From: Octopus vulgaris
Taxonomy: Eukaryota
Reading direction: 5' to 3'
Length of the DNA: 64,000 nt
Assembly: GCA_951406725.2 (NCBI GenBank)
Contig: OX597816.1
Coordinates: 177,196,001 to 177,260,000 of the forward strand
The notes under the pieces: model-generated
Databases searched by the model: none
What the model was told of the DNA's origin: nothing
The model's input: the letters and a program-made list of their open reading frames with translations, nothing else
Shown: positions 14,205 through 28,316 of the stretch, piece by piece
Position numbering within the stretch: the stretch's first letter is position 1
Layout: each line of letters begins with the position of its first letter
Translations under genes and position numbers: made by a program

Positions 14205-14977
14205 TCAGTGCGGATTTAGTTGGTTTGGCTGTCAGCATTTAAAAAATTAAAGTTTATCGAAAATTTTAAAATTTGGCACATTAATATACTATTCCAAGCT
14301 GAATTACTGGAGTTATTTCACTTTCCCCCAGAAAAATGCTTTTAAAAAGTTATAGAAGTTTAAAGTTTGATCACTTCCACCCAGTCAGGAAACAGGATTT
14401 AGAAGCTGTCATTTTGTGCGTGGCTGCACCTGTTGTCAAAATTCTGAGAATAGTACGTGTTTTTATATGAAATTAGAAACAAATCAAATTCAGCCCCTCA
14501 TAACTTTTTTAAAATATGGAATTTTCAGAAAATTTTTACGAATTTGTACTTTACACATGGGAATTCATACGATTATACAAAAAATGTTTAAATGGGGGGG
14601 GGGGGCGTGATTTAAGGCCTATTTAGCTGTTACTTATAGCACATCTCACGACCAGCGTTCAAGCAACAGATGGGTACAAGCAAGAGAACACAGCATCAAC
14701 GCACTCGGCATCGCGTCAACACACGTGCTTTCTCGCTGACAAAAGTGTTCTCATGTTTGGCTTGTTACTATGGAAACAAGCATGAATATGTCTGGTTTAC
14801 GATTGGCTGAAGTTACTCAAAATCTTCAAACTTTAATTGCTACTAACTCTTTATTTATTGATTTATAGCGAAAATGATTTTCACGTCATTCATTACCCTA
14901 TAAAAGTGTATCATTACACTGAATATGAAATCAATTCGAACAGAAAACGGCGGCCAAATCAACTAGATCCACCAATA
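14205..14977. mobile_element. MITE-like element with imperfect terminal inverted repeats
   Basis: Left end GCGGATTTAGTTGGTTTGGCTG versus right end CGGCCAAATCAACTAGATCCAC; no ORF. Confidence 0.5.
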
Positions 14978-15519
14978 CTATATAGTCACAGTTAAATTAC
15001 TAAACTATCGCCATAGTAAAAGCAACAAACATACTTCAGCATGATTCTTGGCCCTGCCAGAAATACCAGCCAAATTTCCTTCAGTTCACACCCTGTTGTC
15101 TAAGAAACGGACACATTGAATAATGTTGTCAGAGGCAAACTGTGCAAATAAATAGATAAATAAATAAAAAATAAAAAAGTTTAAAAAATAATAAACACTG
15201 GGTGGTAACCGTTAGTATTCCTTTGATCATAGGTTTGCTGAATCAGAACTGACCTGGGGCTAAATAATACCAAATAACATTCGTCGTCGTTGTCTTCGTC
15301 GCTGACTTCATTACACCACATCTCTCCAACACCACCACCACCATCACAGCTACGATTATGACGATGAGCGCTGATCATCATCATCATCATCGTTATTACG
15401 AACAACGATCAACCAAATGAACAGAACCAGATGGTAAATTCGTCTGAGACAGCTGATTTAATGTTGTAGAAAGCAAGCAGCAAGATTTATAGTAGCACAG
15501 ATTCCTTTAAGTACACCAG

Positions 15520-15581
<62 letters not shown>

Positions 15582-16301
15582 TGGTGGTGGTGGTGGGGGG
15601 GGGGCAAGGGCGACTGAAATCTCTCGACTTCTGTATATTAACTGACACCTATTATAATCGACGGCGATGGCGGTGGTGAAGATGGAAGTCAAAGTGGTTC
15701 CCAGAGGGAACTGAACTCAGTACAAGACAACAACGTTCGTATACAGTAGCATACTATTGCTGCTGTTGTTGTTGTTGATGTTGCTAGCCCCGATGGAGCT
15801 AATCTATGATCAAAAGCGTCCCAGTCATGGCAATCTCCTATTTAGATCAAGTGTCTTCTACTATAGCCTCGGGCTGACCAAAGCCTTATGAGTGGTTTGG
15901 AAGACGGAAACTGGAAGAAGCCCGTCGTATATTATATACGAAGGGTGTATGAAAAGTCTTGAGCCTCAAAAAACATGGTACAAGACTTCTGATGAAGGTA
16001 CAAGACTTGAAGGGTCAAAACTTTTCATACACCCCCTCGTATATATACATTTGTGTTTTTGTGTTTGTCCCCACCCCACCCCGCCATCGCTTGGCAATCA
16101 GTGTTTATGTCCCCGTAACTTAGCAATTCGGCAAAAGAGAACAATAGAATCAGTAGTAAGCTTACAAAGAATAAGTCCTGCGGTCGATTTGTTCGACTAA
16201 AACCTCTTAAGGTGGTGCTCTGCTGTCAAATGGCTGAAACAAATAAAGGAATGAATGTATGTGTATGTATATATATATATGTATGTATATATATGTATAT
16301 G

Positions 16302-16365
<64 letters not shown>

Positions 16366-16403
16366 AATGTATATACATATATATGCATGTATACATATAT
16401 ATA

Positions 16404-17664
16404 TCAGGTCATCCCATAAGTTCTGTCCATATTCTGAATAAAGAAAACAAGTGATCAAATGTGATATTTAATTAAAATTTAATCATCCATGTACTTTCCC
16501 TGATTATCTATGACTTCCTTCCATCTATTTACAAGCTTTTTAATCCGATCAATGTAATACTCTTTTGATTTCAAAGCGAAGAACTCTGAAAGGTCAGTTT
16601 TGACCTCTTCCTGGCTTGCGAGAGTTATGTCCCCCAAATGATTCTGTAAACTACGAAACAAATGGTAGTCTGAAGGAGAAAGGTCGGGAGAATAAGGTGG
16701 ATGGGGAATTTTTTCCCAACCAAGCTCTTCGATCTTCTGTGATGTGATCTTTGCAGTGTGGAGTTGCGCATTGTCCTGATGAGACATCGCTCCTTTTCGA
16801 GTCACTAAAGCGGGTCTTTTTTTCTTCAAAGCTTGGTTCAAACGCTCTAATTGCTGACAGTAGACTTGAGTATTGATTGTTGCATTAGGTGGTAACAATC
16901 CAAAGTGAATTACTCCTTTGCAATCCCACCAGATAGAGAGAACCTTTTTCCCATGAAGTTCCCTTTTCGGTTGTGGTTGAGCTTTTTCCCTTTTACCAAA
17001 CCACTGTTTACGACGTGTAACATTTCGATAGAAGATCCATTTTTCGCCACCAGTCTATCCAAAATGGGTGAAATGAGTTCGCGAGAATGTAGAGAAGAGC
17101 AGATGTCAACTCGGGATTTGCGATTGCTTTTGGACACCCATAAGGTACCCATTTTCCAAGTTTAGGAACCTTTCCAAGTTGGTGAAGATGACGATGAACA
17201 GTTATATGGTTTGAACAAAGCTTTATTGCCAATTCTTCAACTGACAATGTAGGATTTTCTCAAGGAGCTTATCAACCTCAACTGGACGTCCTGTTCGATC
17301 TTCATCTTCAAGGCTGAAATCTCCACTTCTGAAGTTTGCAAACCATCTTCTGCAAGTTCTTTCATTCAAGCATTCTTCCCCATAAACTGAGTGTATGTTT
17401 TGAGTCACTTCGGCTGCAGAGTTTCCTTTTTTGTACTCATAAAGCATTATGTGCCTCAAATGCTCTTTGGATACTTCCATATTAGAAAGGGTTTTAATCA
17501 AAGAAATTTTAATTCTATTATTCTGTAAAATAATATTTAATTAGTTTAAATGCACACAAATACATAAAAATAATTTTTAATTCCATTAGACATTCTATAA
17601 TACTATTAAATATCATTCAACTTTAAAAAAGGTAAAATCGGACAGAACTTATGGGATGACCTTA
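16404..17664 (-). mobile_element. Full-length (1261 bp) mariner transposon, inactive
   Basis: TIRs TCAGGTCATCCCATAAGTTCTGTCC and GGACAGAACTTATGGGATGACCTTA; TA flanks within (TA)n; internal transposase pseudogene. Confidence 0.95.
16479..17480 (-). pseudogene. Mariner (Mos1/Hsmar1-like, D,D34D) transposase pseudogene
   Basis: MEVSKEHLRHIMLYEY HTH, GRP, KLGKWVP, HQDNA and HPPYSPDLSPSDYHLF motifs are spread over several frames. The first catalytic D region reads GGEKW. Confidence 0.92.
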
Positions 17665-17673
17665 TATATATAT

Positions 17674-17785
<112 letters not shown>

Positions 17786-17829
17786 ATTGAAAGGTGAACC
17801 GATGCAATCGACCACGTTATAGTCTGTAT

Positions 17830-18380
17830 AAAACGTGTTAGTACGGTTGTACTATAGCTTTGACGATAGGACAATTTCTTTCACTACCCTTGGAACGGAA
17901 ACATGTGTGCTCAAGAAACAACGAATTTCTGGGATCCTATGTTATTATTGAGCAGTTTGTTGTCTGCCAGCTTCTTTCTTCTCAGCAAAAAGAACCTCAA
18001 ATGGTTCTTACAGTTACACGTGTAGCAACTAGAGTTTTGTCTTCCACCACTGGCTTAACTACTTTCATTTCTTACCTTACAATGGGGGGCAGCCCTGGAA
18101 TAGCCTTGTGAACTTTGTGAACCTGCCTGTCATTACAGATTTCATCCGATCAATTTTCATTCGGTGCTGGCACTGCGCCGAAAAAATGACGATATCTTTG
18201 AACGTGGCCGTAGTGTTGTATGTCGTCAAATATTTCCGATACTAGCCGGTGAGCGTCCAAAGTTTTTTCGAACTGTTCTTTTGAGGACATACGAAAATTC
18301 TCCTTTGGCTCTTTGCTTTTTGCTCGGTGAATTCCTCTAGCAAAGGAGGTACTTTTTTCTTTTTGCGACAGCAAAGTGTA
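17830..18380 (-). mobile_element. Possible heavily decayed Tx1 ORF1 fragment
   Basis: The minus strand gives EPFEVLFAEKKEA, resembling GTMEVRFPTEEDA of the ORF1 at 41403-42185; multiple stops. Confidence 0.3.
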
Positions 18381-18963
18381 AAAAAGTCATAAACATTACA
18401 AGGAAGAGTAGTAATATACTATTGTTGCTTTTAACCCTAGACCATTCCTGATCAGATCTTTGATTAAAGAAGTTGCAATCACGACCATCCCATTTTTTCC
18501 CTCATACATAGCTTCTGTAGGACTACAACAACATCCAATGAGCCATACACATTTCTAGCAAACTGAACGACAAAGGCCACCTTTATTAGAATTACATACA
18601 ATACATTCTAGTAATTGCTTTTATATACTCATGGCAGCCCCGAATGAGCAGGTCTTTCCAACCGTAATCATTTCGTCCTATTTTTCCGTTTTCACTTCAT
18701 TATATCCTTCCATTTTTTTAGGACATTTTTTTTAGGCAGAAGTGACTACGATTCCTACAAATTTCTTCATTGATTCATGTACATTTTAAGAGCGATTGCT
18801 GTCCTTGTTTAACCTCAGGTCAATCCACTTTATTTATTTATTTTTGCAATGTCTAAGACTAAATGTATCAAGTGCCCTTTCATTCAAAGCAATAGTGTGT
18901 GATTTCAAAGAATTTGGCTATTATTTCTAACAAGTTTTTGCGACCTGATAGATGGATAGAGAA

Positions 18964-18996
<33 letters not shown>

Positions 18997-19628
18997 AAGT
19001 AAGAGAGAAAGATAGAGATGAGAGGTTCCCTCCTCTCTAGTCCTTATAGTGGCACAATGTGCAGTCATGTGTATTAATTTATACAGTACTGTATATACTG
19101 TAGCAAACTGTAGTTATGTATAGAACTGCAAATACTGTGTAATTTAGTAATTGAATGTACTGTGTAAGATGGGGATAAGAGAGTGCGGTGGGAGAGCTGA
19201 GTGTAAATTCTGTTCAGTACAAATGTAATGTGGTAATATATAGGGGAACTACTGTGTATTAACCTTCAAAAGAAATCATACAGAAGCGACTATATCTTCC
19301 GCCTCACTGGTATACGAGTGTAAAGGGTAGAGAAGGGGATGGACAACCTCATAACCAGACAGATACATGCCATATGTGTGAGGGTTAGGGATGGATGGGT
19401 TATCCCACTCTAGCTCTATATATGAAATTGAAGACAAGTAGGGTTGGGTGGCCACCCTGTTACCAGACACAAATATATATAGATAAACACACACACACGC
19501 ACACGCATACGCAAACAGACGCGCGCGCATATGTGAGCATATGAATAAGTGTGTGTATCAATGTATATGAATATGTAATACACAAACATACATAGATAGA
19601 CACATACACACGCACACACATACAAATA

Positions 19629-19685
<57 letters not shown>

Positions 19686-20220
19686 ATGTAATGTTTATGC
19701 ATACGAAGGTATATGTGTTAGTGTGTTAGTGTGCGTACATATATGCATATACCCGAACTACGAAAGGTACCTATGACGAGTAAAGATGGATGATGGCTTT
19801 AACCTTAACCGAGCACTCACTGATGTTTCGTTGACCCTGACATTAAGACTTATAGATGCGCAGAAAGATAACAATTTCATTATCAGTTTGATAAGCTGTT
19901 TTTTTTTTTTTTTAAAAAACCCCAGAAGTAATTAGGGTAGAGATCAAAATCAACGAAAGTCTCCCTCACAGAATCGTTTGAGCATCAGAAAACCTGTGAC
20001 GATCCCGCCAGCGACATTTGGTAAATGACCCTTTATCTTGTGAATTCAAATCATACCGGGCTCAATTTTGTCTTTTTTGTCCTTCCATAGTCGACGGTGT
20101 CTCAACTACAAGAATTTCCTTAATATTACTCTCTAAGTGGGCGCCTGGCAAAAGGCTTTGCAATATTTCTTCTGACTCTTTATGATGAGAGTTCAAATCC
20201 CGCCGATGAGGTCAATTTAG

Positions 20221-20435
20221 GGCGGTGAGCTGGCAAAATCGGTAGTATACCGGGAAAAATGCTTAGCGGCATTTCATCTGCCTTTGCGTTCTGAGTTCGA
20301 ATTCTGCCGAGGTCGACTTTATCGTTCATTCTTTTGGGGTCGATAAAATAAGTACCAGCTGAACACTGGGTCTGATATTGTCGACTTAACCTCCTCCTTC
20401 GAAGTTGTTCGCTTTGTGCCAAAATTTGAAACAAA
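20221..20435 (+). mobile_element. SINE family A with the alternative tail (TTGTGCCAAAATTTGAAA)
   Basis: Same head and core as 1206-1428 but a different 3' end; similar copies at ~3185-3400, 5775-5975, 36745-36922, 45165-45376 and 55694-55895. Confidence 0.75.
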
Positions 20436-20710
20436 CATTGCTACATAAATATGCGGACGGTAAACTGAAACAGGTTAGAAATAGCAGTCAAAAATCTACA
20501 CAAATCACACAAGTGTCCTTCCAAAAAGGGAGTAGATACTGGGCAAGCAGACATAACACCAAAAGACATTATAGTTAGGGTCAGTCCATCTTTCTCTCTG
20601 ACAGGGCGACAGACATTATTGAATATGTCCTATCGTTTATTTTTATAAGATGAATCGATTTGAAGGTGAATTTCAAACAGTTCAAGCGACCATGTCAATA
20701 ATAGATCGTT

Positions 20711-20760
<50 letters not shown>

Positions 20761-21340
20761 CTTCGTGATTCGGCGCAAGAGACCGCTAGATAAAGTACTG
20801 GGATCGATTCGTTTGATTAAAATTTCCTCAAGGAAGCTCCTCAGAATGGCTGGAGTTCAATGACTGAAACCAGTAAAAGATACACATATATACATGCGCG
20901 CGCACACACACACTCGTCTATATATATAAGTCGTTGGCTCTAGTGGAAGTGGGCATGCCCTTTACAAGCTTTTGTAGACCGATGACATATGATTTTCGAA
21001 TATTTGAGACAATACCTGAGAGCAAAACATAGGCGAGAGGGAATTTCCGAGGGCCACGTTCTGTGAAGGAAGGACTTCAGGGAAGTGGGGGCAAATAAAA
21101 CAAGGATAAAGAAAGGGGAGAGATAAATAAGTTGAGAAAACATGAGTAGATGTGACATGATCCCAGTTAGCTCCGAGGGGCAGAGGCCATTATAGTAGGA
21201 GTATATATATATATATATATATATATGTGCATACGCACACATACACATATATATTACATATATATGTATACACACACATATAGGTGAATATATATGTATG
21301 TGTGTGTACATGTGCGTTCGTACATACACATGTATGTATG

Positions 21341-21374
<34 letters not shown>

Positions 21375-22156
21375 TATATACACACATATATATATATATA
21401 TAAAAAGAGGAGACTGGTTCCTTCTAAATTGGTCGAATGAAGCTGTAGGTGGGTGAACTGAGGAACGATGTTAGAAAAAAGGGTTTTCAGACACGTAGCA
21501 AGTATTTCTCTGACTCTCTCTTCCTCTCTCCAACCCTCCGCGTCTCCCTTGTACACATGCACATTAATCTTTATCTTTCTGTCCGCCTGTCTGTCCTGCA
21601 AGCTGTCTAGCTGTCTATTTATCTACCACCCTATCTACTTATCTACCAACTATCCCACCTACTTGCCTATAAGCTCAGAAATCTATATGGTCAAGTTCAA
21701 ATTGAAATCACAAATCTATTTTCAATAATATCATTTTGAAAATATCTCAAACATATTTTCTTATTTTCTCCCATTGCCTTAAACCACAAATAACTGGACC
21801 GACATTATACTTTCCCTTTCCCACACACATAAGCACGACCACAGTGTTTCTGCGAGACGGTACCTAGATTTGGTTTTATGACAGTTACGCGAAGAATGAG
21901 ATAAAAAAAGCCCAAAAAACTCTATCTGAAAAGGGTGCCGGCCCCTTCGTAGGTAAACGTTTAAACATCATTATTCACCGGTGATCCAAACACCTATTTC
22001 CGAGAGTGTGGGTACATTCAAGTTATATCTGTCTGTCTGAGTTTGTGCATATTTTAGTTCTTAGTTTGTTTAGGCCATACTGGAGCCATGCATGTGGCTG
22101 AGTGGTTGTATATAGGTGTAGATAGATAGATACATAGACATACATACGCACATACA

Positions 22157-22222
<66 letters not shown>

Positions 22223-22527
22223 TATTCATATATAAATGTATACGCATATACCAACGTATATAAATGTATGTACAATTTCTTTATATGTATAAGAATGTGT
22301 GTGTATACAAGTATAAACAAAGATATATGAGAATACGCGTTACATATATGTATATATATATATGCATACACACACATACACATATATATTACATATATAT
22401 GTATACACACATATAGGTAAATATATATGCATGTATGTGTGTGTACATGTGCGTTCGTACATACACATGTATGTCTATATGTATGTATGTATGTATGCAT
22501 GTATGTATGTATGAATGTATGTATGTC

Positions 22528-22559
<32 letters not shown>

Positions 22560-22579
22560 TGTATGTATGTATGTATGTA

Positions 22580-22612
<33 letters not shown>

Positions 22613-23034
22613 ATGTATGTATGTATGTATGTATGTGTGTATGTATGAATGTATGTATGTATGTATGTATGTATGAATGTCTCCACTTTTTATTTATGTA
22701 TTAGCAGTCTTCCTAGAAAGATGGAATTGGTTTCTAACGCGGCAACAACAAACTCAACCCCTGGAATTTGGAGTAAAAAAATAATTGTCACAAATCGAAG
22801 TTTGAGAAAGTCTTAGTCGTTTCAGTAACGGCACACCGGTCATGCTAAGAAAGAAAACTAAAAGATCCACTCCATCAGGCTGATAGCAGTACTTATGTGT
22901 GGTGGTCATACTATAGATCGCATTTTTGCCGAATCGGCATGTCACGGCTACGTTCAGAATCGAACACACGAACATCAATTGTCAAGATATGACTCCCCAT
23001 CCATCCACCCATTCTTCAATATGTGTGTATATAC

Positions 23035-23098
<64 letters not shown>

Positions 23099-23214
23099 CA
23101 GGATTAATTAGCCGAAATTTGCTAGGACGATCCGGTTCCTGACTGAAGATTAGAGGCTTCGAATGACCCGTCCGTTTTTGTGTCGTCTCTTTGTGTTTTT
23201 TGCGTTCTTGTCCC

Positions 23215-23289
<75 letters not shown>

Positions 23290-23382
23290 ATCCAAACAAG
23301 AAAACACAGAACAAAACACAGCAACGCGAGGTGGTGGAACAATTAAAGTATTATTCGACGCTCAGGAAAGAAGGGAAGGAGG

Positions 23383-23417
23383 GTTTAACGTTTCGAGCGG
23401 AGCTCTTCGTCGGAAAC
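23383..23417 (-). ncRNA. Minimal type-I hammerhead-like motif (CCGACGA core variant)
   Basis: GTTT-CCGACGA-A-GAGC-tcc-GCTC-GAAA-CG-T-T-AAAC; identical to 35269-35303, inside a (TA)n-flanked repeat (~23285-23497). Confidence 0.5.
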
Positions 23418-23496
23418 AAAGGAGAAGGAAAGATCCCGAGAAGGGAAGACAGAGGAAAAAAATATATTTGCTGGTGGTGCTCAAGAGATCACATGT

Positions 23497-23632
<136 letters not shown>

Positions 23633-23633
23633 G

Positions 23634-23688
<55 letters not shown>

Positions 23689-23689
23689 G

Positions 23690-23750
<61 letters not shown>

Positions 23751-23791
23751 GTATATATATATATATTTATATATATATATATGTATATATG

Positions 23792-23927
<136 letters not shown>

Positions 23928-24292
23928 CGTACATTAAAAATAGGGGAGGCCGGTTTATGGCGTATCGTCATAAAGCTAAACTCTTTATGGACGGGAAACC
24001 TAAGGTAATCCCATAAAACCGGCCTTCCCCATTTTAAATAGAATGCGCTTCTTTCGGACTTATGTTTTTTTACAGATGATACACCCCCACCACACACATG
24101 CATGTATTTATGTATTTATGTATATATGTTTGTACATATAATATATGTATGTATTGTCAGATCAGGCTCATTGCACTGTCCGAGCATGATATATACGAGC
24201 ATGATACATTAAAGTAGATTCTCTTGAATCACGTATTCATAATAAATTAATTTTTATGTATTGAGTACCTTACTTACTGTGGTTATCAACCC

Positions 24293-24330
<38 letters not shown>

Positions 24331-24333
24331 TTA

Positions 24334-24377
<44 letters not shown>

Positions 24378-24616
24378 TTATATATATATATATATATATA
24401 ATAATAAAATATTAGGGAATAAATCCAAACTTACAGGGAAAAATCAGATTTAGGATTGAATCCAATTTTATAGTAAAATATTATATTATATTAAATTAGA
24501 GATAAAACCACTATTAGGCAAATCAAACAATGAAAAACTTAAGCCAATACATAAGATTAATTAATTTATATTATTTTAAATATATATCAAAATTATTAAA
24601 AAAAGATAATTAGTAT

Positions 24617-24684
24617 AACACTACGATCGTTTCATTGCTATCCAATTCGTAAAAATTCGAGTTACAGTCATTCTTCAGGTGATT
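24617..24684 (-). ncRNA. Type-I hammerhead ribozyme motif with canonical core and palindromic stem III
   Basis: aatCAC-CTGAAGA-[long imperfect stem II]-GAAA-CGATCG-TA-GTGtt. Confidence 0.55.
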
Positions 24685-24866
24685 GAAATATTTAACTTAA
24701 GGGATACAGTAGAGAAAGATTTCCTTCAAGATACCGTGCTGTGAAACTGAAACCGAAACCACGTGGTTGTGAAGCGAAGTTCTTAACTTCGTAACAACGC
24801 TTCTGTGTGTATGTATGTTTGTACATCTGTGTATATTTTCTTTTCATGTGTGTGTGTGTCTGTGAA

Positions 24867-24926
<60 letters not shown>

Positions 24927-24929
24927 ACT

Positions 24930-24984
<55 letters not shown>

Positions 24985-25147
24985 ATATATACATGAATAC
25001 AATTATACATATTTATAAATATACATTGATGCGTATTAAGTGAATGTACATATAAATGCACGTAGCTAATTTCATACGTATATGTGGACGCGCATGTTGA
25101 TGTATATGTATATAAAATGTACATAAGCAACTGTGTGTGTATGTACG

Positions 25148-25202
<55 letters not shown>

Positions 25203-25263
25203 ACATATATATATATGTAGGTACGTACATATATGTTTATATATATGCATATATTGTATTAAC

Positions 25264-25296
<33 letters not shown>

Positions 25297-25548
25297 TTTA
25301 TGAACAGACGCAAATCTACAACCAAGGCCATTGGCCAAGCCTTTAAACTTTATAACAGCAAGCGTCTAGCTAAACACGCACGGACACGCACACTCACGTA
25401 GAAAACTGTAAAGATGTATCATATTTTATTATATATAATACATATAATATACACATATGAGTATATAGATATTACATGTTCACCAATATAGGATATGAAT
25501 ATATATATATATATATATATACGTGTGTGTGTATATATATATATATAC

Positions 25549-25600
<52 letters not shown>

Positions 25601-25613
25601 GTGTGTGTGTGTG

Positions 25614-25656
<43 letters not shown>

Positions 25657-25669
25657 CACACATATACTC

Positions 25670-26062
25670 TTTTACTTATTTCAGTTATTTGACTGCGGCC
25701 ATGCTGGTGCACCGCCTTTAGTCGAGCAAATCGACCCCAGAGCTTATTCTTTGTAAGACTAGTTCTTATTCTATCGGTCTCTTTTGCCGAACCGCTAATG
25801 TTATGAGGACGTAAACACACCAGCATCGGTTGTCACAGCCAAACACAGACACACAAGAATAAAAAAGAGTAAAAGAGTAATAGACAAATATATATATATA
25901 TATATATACGACGGTCTTCTTTCAGTTTCCGTCTACCAAATCCACTGACAAGGCTTTGGTCGTCCCGAGACTATTGTAGAATACACTTGCCCAAGGTGCC
26001 ACACAGTGGAACTGAACCCGGGACCATGCGGTTGGTAAGCAAGCTACTTACCACATAGCCAC
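25670..26062 (-). mobile_element. SINE family B copy
   Basis: Collinear with 34744-35155. Confidence 0.8.
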
Positions 26063-26137
26063 ATTAATTGATTATGTAAACATGTCTGATACATGTATGT
26101 ATGTATATATATCTATATCTGTATATAAATATACATA

Positions 26138-26188
<51 letters not shown>

Positions 26189-26469
26189 ATGTATGTATTA
26201 TGTATGTGAATGCATTCAAAATGATGTAAAAAGAAAAAAAAAGAGAGGTAGAGAAAAAGTGCCCCTATTCCTGTACTTACAGAGGACACACGTGCCGAAA
26301 AATACACGAACATTTGTTTTCTTACGAGCGGTTATACATCGCATTAATATATAGCGGTTACTAGTTATACATCGTTTGGACAAAAAGAATATTTATATTC
26401 GGAACATTAACACACACACACACACATTCGTTACATGTATATCATTCAGACCCTGTCAAATTTAACATA

Positions 26470-26524
<55 letters not shown>

Positions 26525-26743
26525 GTGTGTCTTTATTATGTATGTCTATACTAGAACACAGATGCACATATTTGAGTGTTAATGAATTGTTTCGACCCCA
26601 TTTTATGTAAAATGTTTCTTGAAACTTCTTTTGTCTGTTTTCATAACAATACATATACATACTTATGCAAAACAATACTTGGGAGTTGTGACATATAATT
26701 ATATATATATTCATATATACACACACATATATATATATATATC

Positions 26744-26774
<31 letters not shown>

Positions 26775-26901
26775 TAACGAGATAGATAAATAGATAGATA
26801 GACTGACAGATTGATAGATCAATATATATATACTGGTGGTGCCCCAGCATGGCCATAACCTTACGGTTGAAACATAAAAGAATGTATATATATGTATGCA
26901 C

Positions 26902-26972
<71 letters not shown>

Positions 26973-26988
26973 CACGTATGTGTGTGTT

Positions 26989-27035
<47 letters not shown>

Positions 27036-27400
27036 CATATGTATGTATACATAAACAGAGATAGAAAAATAGACATATGGATTGAAAGATAGATAGATAG
27101 ATACATAGTTAAACGAACGATATATTAATAAAAAAATATCTGCTGCAACTAAAAGATGTTTACCTTTAAAAGATATAAATGAGCTAAAAAAAGAAAAAGT
27201 AATCAATCAAAAACAACATGCAACACCAACAAAAATAACAAGAAAAAGGAACAATCACCAGCAGGTTAATGTTCTGACTGGTTCGCTCCTCTGCAACAGA
27301 AATGATGTTTATATAAAGTTCTGAAACAATTTTTTGCTTTGTTTGTTGGTTTGCAAAGGTAATATTGCCACCCGCCCCATCATCAGTGCGTAACACTTAC

Positions 27401-27854
27401 CTGAATTGCTTATTATCCTTCTAAGTTTACGGTTGTGTATTTTCGTAGAATCGATCGGTGGTGTTATCATGGTATAATATGTATCTTTGTAAGCTATCAA
27501 AAAAAACAGGCGTTTATCACCTTTCCTAAGTGTATATATACAGGCGTCCTGTTGATTTGATTTTGGTAGATTTACTAGTAATTCCGACCTGGATGTCACT
27601 TTTTTCTTGCCTTTAAGTACTCTCCTTACGGTGATGGTAATATTGTCCTGACCGGTTCCGTAAGAGTTAACATTCAAGTTACTCACTTTCACGTTTGACG
27701 GGGCTTTCTTGATTGTGCCCTCGCAAATCACATCTGCTATGCGTGTTAACGGAGGAAGAGTCGATCCGATATTAACAGGGCATATCAGAGACATTACTGG
27801 TAGTAAGCGAAGCAAGACTCCGAGCAGAACAGTTTCGAATACAATCAACTTCAT
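27401..27854 (-). CDS. First coding exon of a secreted or membrane protein: signal peptide plus NtA/OB-fold-like domain (neuregulin-2/Vein-like or agrin-like N-terminus)
   Basis: ATG at 27854 with an upstream in-frame stop; hydrophobic leader MKLIVFETVLLGVLLRLLPVMS. The motif pattern is C...ADVICEGTI...ITVRRVLKG...C...GDKRLFFL...PPID...RKLRRII. The exon ends at a consensus donor CAG|GTAAGT (27401/27400), phase 1 (454 nt). Composition is non-repetitive. Confidence 0.85.
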
Positions 27855-28033
27855 CTCTTGTTAATAGCCGTCCTATGAAATATCTGTTTTTATTTCTTTA
27901 TTTATATTTATGTTTTTAATTTTTTTTTTTCAAAATATCGCCTCGGGAGATGGTCCGCGGTGTGCGGCGAACGCTGTCATGTTTGTAATATTACCGGAAA
28001 ACACGCTAGACCTAGCATGGGGCGTTGTGTTTG

Positions 28034-28041
28034 TGACGTCA
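28034..28041. promoter_or_regulatory. Perfect CRE palindrome TGACGTCA upstream of the exon
   Basis: Lies 180 bp upstream of the ATG in a locally CpG-rich patch (~27940-28050); function unproven. Confidence 0.4.
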
Positions 28042-28279
28042 GCGCACTTTTCACTTGAGGCTCATGATTGAAGGAGATTCGGAAATTTATCTAAATTTTG
28101 TAAGAATAGACCATATAAGGTTTTTGCTACTTCCTGTGATTATGATTGATTTCCTCAGATGTGGTAATTAAGGTATGACAACGTTTGTAAAACGGATTAA
28201 TGCAGTAAGAGACATTGAGAGAAATTGACGGAGAGACAGAAAGAAAGAGAGAAAGAGGGGGAATTAAAAAGAAAAAAAG

Positions 28280-28316
<37 letters not shown>

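Noticed and set aside
22810-22855. Minus-strand TCTTAG...GAAACG.CTAAGA hammerhead-like remnant
   Set aside because: Stem I pairs, but the CUGANGA core and the UH site are missing.
27309-27400. C-terminal 30 aa of the 181-aa ORF
   Set aside because: It lies beyond the consensus splice donor at 27400 and is treated as intron read-through.
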